Shown here piece after piece: positions 57,006 through 64,000 of a DNA stretch of 64,000 nucleotides (position 1 is the stretch's first letter; every line of letters starts with the position of its first letter). Made by a program: the position numbers and the translations under genes. The notes under the pieces are model-generated. The model made no database searches, had not been told where the DNA came from, and saw only the letters and a program-made list of their open reading frames with translations. Origin of the DNA: a virus (Duplodnaviria; Caudoviricetes); IMG/VR virus record IMGVR_UViG_3300028586_000020, positions 15,149-79,148 of that record. One strand, written 5' to 3'.

Positions 57006-59207
57006 ATGATTTTATTTGAAGAAGATTGGCTCAAGTACCCGACAGCGATTATCCACACGACCACACAGAACGATTCATGGTTTGAGATGGCAAAGAAGTA
57101 CAAGGCGATGGGGATCAAAAACCATGCGTTTTTACTTGCTCTGATCAATCCCCTGCTTCAGTTCGTCAACCCGCATTCACCGAACCTTACCCAAGAACAA
57201 AAGGACATGGTTCTGGCAGAATGCAAAATCAATCCGTGGTATTACTTCCGGGAAGTAGCACGTATTCCGGCAGGGGTGGGTTTGCCAGCGGAACGGGTCA
57301 GGGCCAATCGCGGTAACATTGCAGCATGGTGGTGTTTCTTTAACCACGTCACCATCACCATGATTCAACCGCGACAAACGGGTAAGTCGTACACGATTTA
57401 CGAGTTGGATGTGTACTTGATGACAGTGCTGTGTCAGGGCACCAACATGAACCTGTACACCAAAGACGAAAAGCTGCGCAAAGATGCGATCGACATTATC
57501 AAGAAAGTCTTTGATACCTTGCCCGATTACATCGATTTGCGTAACAAGCGTACGGATGCCAACAATACCGAAGAGATCACGGTCAATCTGTTAGAAAACA
57601 AACTGCGCACATTCGTGCCACGTTCGTCGGAGAAAGACGCCAACAACGTCGGTCGTGGTTTCGGTTCGCCTATCAACCACTGCGATGAGGGTCCATTTTG
57701 TCCGAATGCCCACATCTCGATGCCTGCCTTGTTCTCGGCAGGTAACGCCAAACGCGATATGGCCAAACGCGCTGGCGCGCCGTACTGCAACATCATCACC
57801 ACAACGGCAGGTAAGCTCGATACACCAGAAGGCAAGTTCGTCTACGAGAACTATATCCTCGCAGCCATGCCGATGTCGGAACACATCTACGATCAGAAGA
57901 ACGAAGCCGCACTGGAAGAATTCGTCAAACGCAATGCGGGGGGCAACTACCAGATTTCGATCGTCATGAGTCACCGTCAACTCGGTTACACCGACGAATG
58001 GCTTTGGGAAAAGATGCGCGAGACGAAAACGTTTGGCGATGCAGCTGACCGTGATTACTTCAACGTCTGGACGTCGGGTACGGAAACGCATCCACTCTCG
58101 CCTGCTTTGTTAAAACGCATTGTCGCATCCGCTAACGATGTGACCTACGATCAGTTCTTCCCACAACAGAAGTACATGATCCGTTGGAACGTCGAAGAGA
58201 AGAACTTCGCTTCCTACATGTCGCACGCCAAACTCATTTTGGGTGTCGATGCGTCGTCCGCCAACGGCAACGATGATATCGCGCTTGTGTGGGTGGATGC
58301 TGCCACGCTCGATGTGGTCGGTAGTGCGACCGTGAACGATACCAACATCCTGATGTTTGGTAATTGGTTGGCGGTGCATCTGGTAGAGAACAAGAACGTG
58401 ACGTTGGTCATTGAAACTAAATCGACCGGCGAAGCGATTCGGGATATGTTGCTCAGTATCTTGCCGTCCTTTGGTGAAGATCCTTACAAGCGCATGTTCA
58501 ACACCATCGTGCAAGACAAAGACGATTACGCAGAACGTTACGATGTAGTGAAGTTGCCGATGAGTCGTCGCGACAACACCATGTACACGCTCAACAAGTC
58601 GGCCTTTGGTTTTTGCACGTCGGCCAGTGGTCGCTTTGCCCGTAGTGAACTCTACGGCAATACGCTGCAAAATGCGGCCAAGCGGGGCGGTAACAAAGTG
58701 TATGACAAACGTCTTATCAACCAGATTTCCAGTCTGGTGCGCAAGAACGATCGGGTTGATCACCAGAACGGTAAGCATGATGACATGGTGGTGGCATGGC
58801 TGCTTTGCCATTGGTTCCTCTGGTACGGTAAACACATGACGGTATACGGTATCAACGACGTCATGACGCAAGTGGGGGACCAGAAAGAACTGACGTACGA
58901 GGAATACTTGGCAGTAGAACGTCAGAAGAGCTTGCGCGAACAGATCGCTGACTTGAGCGCCCAACTCGAAGAATGCGCTGATCCGTATCTGGCAGATAAG
59001 CTGGAACACCAGATCCGTGTTTCGGCACAAGGCTTGGTGCACCAAGAGGGCGACCTCACCAACGTCGACCAGATGCTTGCTGACATTCGTGAGCGCAAGA
59101 AGAAGCGTAGCCAGACAGCCTCGGTCCGGCGCGATGAAGAAGCGGTCAACGACCATGACTTCTACCGCAAGATGATGGGTTACAGTAACCGCAGTTTTTA
59201 CGGTTAA
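57006..59207 (+). CDS. terL: Terminase large subunit (phiKZ gp25-like)
   Basis: Walker A QPRQTGKS, Walker B HCDEGPF, coupling motif TTTAG, nuclease GVDAS..D and HQNGKHDDMVVAWLL. No intein or intron seen. Confidence 0.95.
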   Translation: MILFEEDWLKYPTAIIHTTTQNDSWFEMAKKYKAMGIKNHAFLLALINPLLQFVNPHSPNLTQEQKDMVLAECKINPWYYFREVARIPAGVGLPAERVRANRGNIAAWWCFFNHVTITMIQPRQTGKSYTIYELDVYLMTVLCQGTNMNLYTKDEKLRKDAIDIIKKVFDTLPDYIDLRNKRTDANNTEEITVNLLENKLRTFVPRSSEKDANNVGRGFGSPINHCDEGPFCPNAHISMPALFSAGNAKRDMAKRAGAPYCNIITTTAGKLDTPEGKFVYENYILAAMPMSEHIYDQKNEAALEEFVKRNAGGNYQISIVMSHRQLGYTDEWLWEKMRETKTFGDAADRDYFNVWTSGTETHPLSPALLKRIVASANDVTYDQFFPQQKYMIRWNVEEKNFASYMSHAKLILGVDASSANGNDDIALVWVDAATLDVVGSATVNDTNILMFGNWLAVHLVENKNVTLVIETKSTGEAIRDMLLSILPSFGEDPYKRMFNTIVQDKDDYAERYDVVKLPMSRRDNTMYTLNKSAFGFCTSASGRFARSELYGNTLQNAAKRGGNKVYDKRLINQISSLVRKNDRVDHQNGKHDDMVVAWLLCHWFLWYGKHMTVYGINDVMTQVGDQKELTYEEYLAVERQKSLREQIADLSAQLEECADPYLADKLEHQIRVSAQGLVHQEGDLTNVDQMLADIRERKKKRSQTASVRRDEEAVNDHDFYRKMMGYSNRSFYG

Positions 59208-59211
59208 ACGG

Positions 59212-59268
59212 CATAGTCTCCCAGAGCCCTTGCGGGCTCTGGGAGCTATTTTGATATGCCGTTTTTAT
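59212..59268. terminator. Bidirectional hairpin with CATAG/CTAT flanks
   Basis: CTCCCAGAGCCC-TTGC-GGGCTCTGGGAG between convergent genes. Confidence 0.8.
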
Positions 59269-59659
59269 TTTCCTGCGCTAAACGATGCTCTAACAAATCC
59301 AAGTATGCATTGACTTGTTGACGCCGTACAACGCTATCAAAATTCCAGCGATGCAAAAGCGGTGGCAAATGAACATCGAGTTCACAAGCTTTGCGCAATG
59401 CATCAGGAGCGCCAACACCGACTACCGAAAAGACATGGTAGGCAAACAAAGTTCGATTGCGAATATACCAACGATTGTACATCACGCGGTATTCTCGGCG
59501 GTGGCAATAAATGGCGATTTCAAAACCACGTACTGTAAACCCTCGTAAACCCCCCAAGGCATTATCAGGGCGTTGTACTTCTATTATCGTCTTGGGACCA
59601 CGTAATTGGTTTACCAGGAAAAGCACGCTAGCAACTACAAACTTCAGGGCTCTTAGCAT
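59246..59659 (-). CDS. Hypothetical protein
   Basis: 137-aa ORF with hydrophobic N-terminus; its stop overlaps the hairpin. Confidence 0.55.
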   Translation of the reverse strand: MLRALKFVVASVLFLVNQLRGPKTIIEVQRPDNALGGLRGFTVRGFEIAIYCHRREYRVMYNRWYIRNRTLFAYHVFSVVGVGAPDALRKACELDVHLPPLLHRWNFDSVVRRQQVNAYLDLLEHRLAQENKNGISK

Positions 59660-59689
59660 AATGCTTCCCCAATGAAGAGGAGGTTACTG

Positions 59690-60937
59690 CTATACGGAAC
59701 GCATTGATGCTTGTTCGGTATAATGCCGTTTAGCCAAGCTACGTAAAACAATGTACAGGAGTACCCCGGTGCGAATTGGTGGCAGAAGACTCACGTTTCG
59801 TGTGCCGGTTGCTTGCTTAACCAAATCTTCCGTCTGACGACGAATGTCCATCAGAATGGGATCGGTCGAACGGGCTGCCGTATACACACCACGCAACCGC
59901 GACAACAGACCGGGTAGGTCATGTGGGTTTTGTAATGAATCTGTGTTATGGGACAAATAATCAAAACAATGCACCATGATTTCCTTGGTCAACGCTTGCA
60001 ACTTGTGCGCATGCTGGCCTTGGAAATGTTCCGACAACCATTCCAGTGTGCCCCGGAATAAAGTTGGCGGCATTGTCTGAACCATGCCTTCTACGACAGT
60101 CAAGAGTTCTTCTCGCAGGAAGCTGGACTTGTCAGGGATAATGGCTTGGATATACCGGGTGTAGTTGGCAAGACTCTTGGTTTTATCCTTGAGAATTTCT
60201 TTGCCATCATGCTCCACGGTTTGGGATACGGCGATAATGCGTTTACCAGATGCGTTGATCTGGTAATGGGTACCGGCGATTAAGCGCAGGGTTTTACGTA
60301 GACGGGTTTGGATGTCGTTAACGATCTTCTCGATCTCACGGTCGTCGCCCATCTTTTGGAAATGCTTAAAGCGCGGCGCTTTCTCATCGAGAATGTCTTC
60401 GGCGCGTTTACGTAGATAACCACCCCAACTACCCGCCTGTTTTAAGTCGAACTTCATGGACAGCGAAGCATACGTCGCTTCGGCCACTGCTTTGTTCGCT
60501 GGATAGGGAAAGTGACGTCCCAGTCGACTGGTGAGGAACTTGTACTGCATAATCAACATCACCGAAATCAACGCGTCGTGCTTGAGTGTATCTGGGATAT
60601 TGGGAGCGTTGATCAACAGGTGTGTCAGCCAGATGCACGACAAGTTCATCGCGTTCGACGCCACCTTGTGCTCTTCATGCACTGTCGGCAATTTGAAGAG
60701 TTCTTGTTGCAGCGTATCTTGGTCAACGTGGAGGATTTCATCAAACCACACCAACTGATCTGATTCAGTAAAACGGACGATTTGAACACCAGTTAAGTGA
60801 CCGCCAAAGAACTTAACGTGTTCATCGTTTTTCGCTACGAATGCGAGCTGGTAAGCTACAATTTTCTTAGCCAGGATAGAGTCAACGATTACATCGGAAC
60901 ACTCCTGCTCAAATACATTCCTTATTAACAAACTCAT
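59690..60937 (-). CDS. Conserved jumbo-phage protein (probable head-associated)
   Basis: Likely start ATG 60937 (MSLLIRNVF) after an AAGGA RBS; conserved position beyond terminase. Confidence 0.65.
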   Translation of the reverse strand: MSLLIRNVFEQECSDVIVDSILAKKIVAYQLAFVAKNDEHVKFFGGHLTGVQIVRFTESDQLVWFDEILHVDQDTLQQELFKLPTVHEEHKVASNAMNLSCIWLTHLLINAPNIPDTLKHDALISVMLIMQYKFLTSRLGRHFPYPANKAVAEATYASLSMKFDLKQAGSWGGYLRKRAEDILDEKAPRFKHFQKMGDDREIEKIVNDIQTRLRKTLRLIAGTHYQINASGKRIIAVSQTVEHDGKEILKDKTKSLANYTRYIQAIIPDKSSFLREELLTVVEGMVQTMPPTLFRGTLEWLSEHFQGQHAHKLQALTKEIMVHCFDYLSHNTDSLQNPHDLPGLLSRLRGVYTAARSTDPILMDIRRQTEDLVKQATGTRNVSLLPPIRTGVLLYIVLRSLAKRHYTEQASMRSV

Positions 60938-61051
60938 GCTAGTTTCCTTTTGAGGCAAGGTTTCACAAGATGAGGCACCTTGTCCTTGAGGCGGCATAAA
61001 GCTCTGCCGAGCGAACCCGGCAGAGCGATACATTCAAACGTCGATCAACGC

Positions 61052-61738
61052 TTAGGCAGCTTTACGCGCTGCGCGGGCTTTGACGTAGTCGCCGAAGTTA
61101 CGCACGACCTTGCCACCCATGGCGATGACCATCGATTCCATGGCCACGACCAGTTCTGGGTTGTTGCTGATGACGGTAGGGCTTTCCGAGTCGAGCACCT
61201 GGTCAGGCACGACGTCGTCGATCAGGACGGTGACGTTTTCTGGGGCATCGGTTTCGGCCAGGATCTGGGTCACGTCTTTGACAGCGTCTGGGGTGACTTG
61301 GGTTTCGTCGATCGCATACAGGGTTTCGTACGCGGCGTCGTCTTGTGGCGGCACTTCCGACAGCGAGTTGGCCAGGCTGGAAGCGACTGCTGAGTCGATG
61401 GCTTGCGATTCCAGGACGATGTTGCCGACTTCGGAAATGATGGCAGCTTCCACCGTTTCTTGGGTCTGGCCTTCAGCCGGTTGCAAGTTGCTGGTATCGA
61501 CTTCTGCTTTTGCTTCTTCGCCCGTAGCGGCGCCTTCGGCTGGGGTTGCTGGGTCTTCCGCTGGCGCGTTCTTGTCGAACACTTTGCCCAGGGCTTCCGA
61601 GTACACGTCAGCCAGCGGGCCTTTCATGACGACGGTGGTGTCTTCGGTGGCTGGGTTGGCAGCATTCGGATCGAATTCTTCCATGGCCATGTGGAAGCGA
61701 TGACGGGTACCGAACAGTTGGCGCAGGGTCTTGCTCAT
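61052..61738 (-). CDS. Acidic protein with candidate prohead-protease sites (probable head/scaffold-type protein)
   Basis: 228 aa, very acidic; AMEEF and AMESM (A-X-E) plus VLESQ; strong codon bias. Confidence 0.65.
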   Translation of the reverse strand: MSKTLRQLFGTRHRFHMAMEEFDPNAANPATEDTTVVMKGPLADVYSEALGKVFDKNAPAEDPATPAEGAATGEEAKAEVDTSNLQPAEGQTQETVEAAIISEVGNIVLESQAIDSAVASSLANSLSEVPPQDDAAYETLYAIDETQVTPDAVKDVTQILAETDAPENVTVLIDDVVPDQVLDSESPTVISNNPELVVAMESMVIAMGGKVVRNFGDYVKARAARKAA

Positions 61739-62233
61739 GGTGAGTTTCCTTCACTTGAATAAAAGAGGTGTGAGTCAACGCGTGGTTGTTTCACAGTATG
61801 GTTAAACACAGGATGAGAATTCGGTGAAGTATTGTAAAAAAGACAACGCGCGCCCTTTACATACATTTACTTTTCTTTTTTCCAAACGCTGCGCTATTTG
61901 GGTGAATCTCTTCCAAATTATTACCCCTTGCTTTTTCTCTTTTTTAAAATCCTAAAGAGTCCATAAGCGCCCGGAGAGGCGCGTCTTCTGGGAGTCTATT
62001 GAGATCAAAAAGTTTCCTACTGTAAAAAAATATTCAGTATACGGGTATTATGCGACTTAGTGAGCAGAGCGAACGAGCAGTGGGTACCGAAACGAAGCGG
62101 GAGCGGAGTTGAAGGTAGCTGAGAAAGAGGTAGAAATGGGGGAGTGGGGGGCAACCTTAACCCAGGACCCGCGTAGCGGGGACTCTATCTAATGAAACTC
62201 GTTTTATGGGGGGGACAACCACTCTTTTTATTG

Positions 62234-62257
62234 CCCACCTTCGGGTGGGGATGTATG
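62234..62257 (+). terminator. UUCG hairpin followed by TATG
   Basis: CCCACC-TTCG-GGTGGG-GATGTATG just upstream of the promoter-like motif. Confidence 0.5.
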
Positions 62258-62276
62258 CCCTCAAAACGCCCGGTAA

Positions 62277-62300
62277 TAGATAATTTCAACTCTATATCAC
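62277..62300 (+). promoter_or_regulatory. Putative early promoter, CTATATCAC
   Basis: TAGATAATTTCAACT-CTATATCAC, about 55 nt upstream of ATG 62355 (AAGGAG RBS). Confidence 0.6.
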
Positions 62301-62354
62301 TTGCCTGAATACCCAACGAAGTACTTTTACAATTAACAACATAAAGGAGTTACC

Positions 62355-63158
62355 ATGCAACATGCTCAGTTTGTTACCACCGTTACCGTTGTTTGCCCAA
62401 CATGCAATCAAGATTCGAAGATCAAGGTCGCCCGTCTCTTCCCCACAAAGGACGACTGGGCGCATAAATTGGCCAATGATTCTTCTCTCTTCAATAAGAA
62501 GCAGCAGGCTTCGCAGAAGTGCATGTGCGAAGCCTGCGGTATGGGCATCAAAGCAACCCTCGAATTTCATCGCGGTGTGTTTACGCACTTGGTCGAACCA
62601 GACGACAGCGAGTACAAGAAAGACATCATGACGCTGGTGGTATTGCCCCCGCAGACCGAACCGGTTTACTTCCTGATGAATTCGACTGGTTACCATTTCG
62701 CTAGCCACAACAATGGTCCCGGCATCGATCTGGACCGGGACTTCATGATCAACGAAAACTCCTGCCCAACGAACTGGTTCGGAGACTTCGAAAGAATCCA
62801 GATCGGTCACGATGCTGATCCTCACGGCATGATCCTGCATGTACGTTCGATGCTCACGGAAGATTTCGAAGCAATCGAAAAGCAGGTTCGTAAAGAAATG
62901 GGGATGGAAAAATACGGCGGCTCGACTACCGAATTGGACCGCGCGATTATGGAGCGTGCTTTCCCAGAAGTGGCGCAGCGTTTCATCCCTGACGGTTATG
63001 ACTTCGAAGCATATACCGACAAGGAAGAGGTGGTACTGGAACAACACATGCGTGAAGTATCCGATCGTCCATATCGTCAGAAATCATTTTACGGCGAAGA
63101 AGATTACTTCTTTGCTAACATTAAACCAACGCCCGTCGTTCGTTTTATCGATCAATAA
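62355..63158 (+). CDS. Hypothetical zinc-ribbon protein
   Basis: CPTC...CEAC pair, followed by an ENSCPTNW...DADPHG block. Confidence 0.7.
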   Translation: MQHAQFVTTVTVVCPTCNQDSKIKVARLFPTKDDWAHKLANDSSLFNKKQQASQKCMCEACGMGIKATLEFHRGVFTHLVEPDDSEYKKDIMTLVVLPPQTEPVYFLMNSTGYHFASHNNGPGIDLDRDFMINENSCPTNWFGDFERIQIGHDADPHGMILHVRSMLTEDFEAIEKQVRKEMGMEKYGGSTTELDRAIMERAFPEVAQRFIPDGYDFEAYTDKEEVVLEQHMREVSDRPYRQKSFYGEEDYFFANIKPTPVVRFIDQ

Positions 63159-63183
63159 TCAATAACAGAAAAGGAAAAGCATC

Positions 63184-63801
63184 ATGATCACCAAACTCGA
63201 CCAACGCCACATCAGCATCGTTAAATTCGAAAACGGCATGTGGTTCGCTGTTCGCCCGATGCAGCAAAGCGATTACTCGGGTATTCACATGGAGCCCGTA
63301 CCACTTAACTGTGCGGACAAGCGTGTCATGTACGAAGGCGAATGGCATGCAGCCGATTTGCTGATCGCGCCACTCCAGCCAGAAGACCGTGAGCGTTTCA
63401 CCATGACCGAAGCGCGTTTCGAAGAAATCAACAAAGGCATCGTTGATCAAACTCAAAAGTTGGCTGCTGAAAGCAAAGGGCGCGTGATGAACCAGCAACC
63501 GCGATTAGCTGTTAAAGCTCGTTTCTACGCCGAATTCATCGAGCGTGAATTGCTGGCCGCGGGTTCGGTGACACATCTCTCGATCTTCCGCCCTAGTCAA
63601 CAAACTCTTGAGGCGTTGAACAAACTCACGACCGGTCAATACATCGAGTATCTGGAACTCGGCCAAGGTACTCATGGCGAAAAGGTAGAACGTTATTACT
63701 TGCTTTACGAAGTCGTGCTCTGTTTGGCTGATAGCGCTCGCGACGACGTGTTCTATCTGCTCCTGAAAAACGTCGATGTCAAGCCGGTGGAAAAAGCATG
63801 A
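63184..63801 (+). CDS. Hypothetical protein
   Basis: 205-aa ORF with AAGGA RBS. Confidence 0.7.
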   Translation: MITKLDQRHISIVKFENGMWFAVRPMQQSDYSGIHMEPVPLNCADKRVMYEGEWHAADLLIAPLQPEDRERFTMTEARFEEINKGIVDQTQKLAAESKGRVMNQQPRLAVKARFYAEFIERELLAAGSVTHLSIFRPSQQTLEALNKLTTGQYIEYLELGQGTHGEKVERYYLLYEVVLCLADSARDDVFYLLLKNVDVKPVEKA

Positions 63802-64000
63802 GTATCCACTCCGGTAAACGACTGTCAGATGTGCCGTTTGATGAGATCTTCGTAGGTATGGAAGTCATCGATACGGTGATCTGCATGGAAGGTAAAGTCG
63901 ACAGGGTTTGGGTACGAGATGATATCGTGGAGGATACCAAAGAGAACTGGTTGTCAATCAAATGGCAAAATCGTTTTAATCCCTACGGCCCACATCACGT
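63798..64000 (+). CDS. Partial hypothetical protein running off the right edge
   Basis: ATGA overlap with the previous stop; MSIHSGKRLSDVPFDEIFVGMEVIDT... is open to the window end. Confidence 0.6.
   Translation, partial: MSIHSGKRLSDVPFDEIFVGMEVIDTVICMEGKVDRVWVRDDIVEDTKENWLSIKWQNRFNPYGPHH

Noticed and set aside
43309-59156. Long antisense ORFs (43309..44679, 47028..47768, 48326..49237, 49265..50620, 50627..51439, 55263..56903, 58110..59156; also 19032..19940)
   Set aside because: They lie opposite well-supported genes with strong codon bias (few TTA/CTA/TCA codons) and lack RBSs and recognisable motifs.
1-64000. CRISPR array, IS element, integrase, intein or homing endonuclease
   Set aside because: No regularly spaced direct repeats with unique spacers, no transposase/HNH/LAGLIDADG motifs, and the RNAP, terminase and UvsX genes are uninterrupted.
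1-64000. Stop-codon reassignment (alternative genetic code)
   Set aside because: Core genes are full length under code 11 and end in TAA, TAG or TGA; only one internal stop (TAA) was found.

Overview
This window is a 64 kb segment of a phiKZ-like (Chimalliviridae-type) jumbo myophage genome. It covers the conserved virion-morphogenesis region: tail fibre and baseplate spike genes, SbcC ATPase, head proteins, a candidate spanin pair, RNase H, UvsX/RecA, three virion RNA polymerase subunit genes (beta-N, beta-C, catalytic beta-prime), a 2429-aa tape-measure/lytic transglycosylase, prohead protease, tail tube, tail sheath, baseplate proteins and the large terminase. All assignments come from motifs and gene order; no database search was run, and neither the host nor the phage species can be determined from the sequence alone. 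The main observations not explained by standard annotation are these. (1) An island at about 46.3-48.2 kb starts at a putative early promoter and holds an ORF, a 136-nt tRNA-like element (8-bp acceptor stem, about 58-nt structured insert where the anticodon loop should be), a second ORF with strongly biased codons, and about 440 nt of densely base-paired non-coding sequence ending in a terminator. (2) A 967-aa Pro/Gly/Asn/Tyr repeat protein with three unique loop islands is followed directly by a gene missing from the ORF track whose N-terminus resembles a prolyl-hydroxylase-type 2OG-Fe(II) oxygenase. (3) A three-repeat Pro-rich gene at the spike-tip position is interrupted by one in-frame TAA. 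(4) A family of GC-rich hairpins flanked by CATA/TATG sits at gene ends. (5) An extended CTATATCAY promoter-like motif occurs three times.
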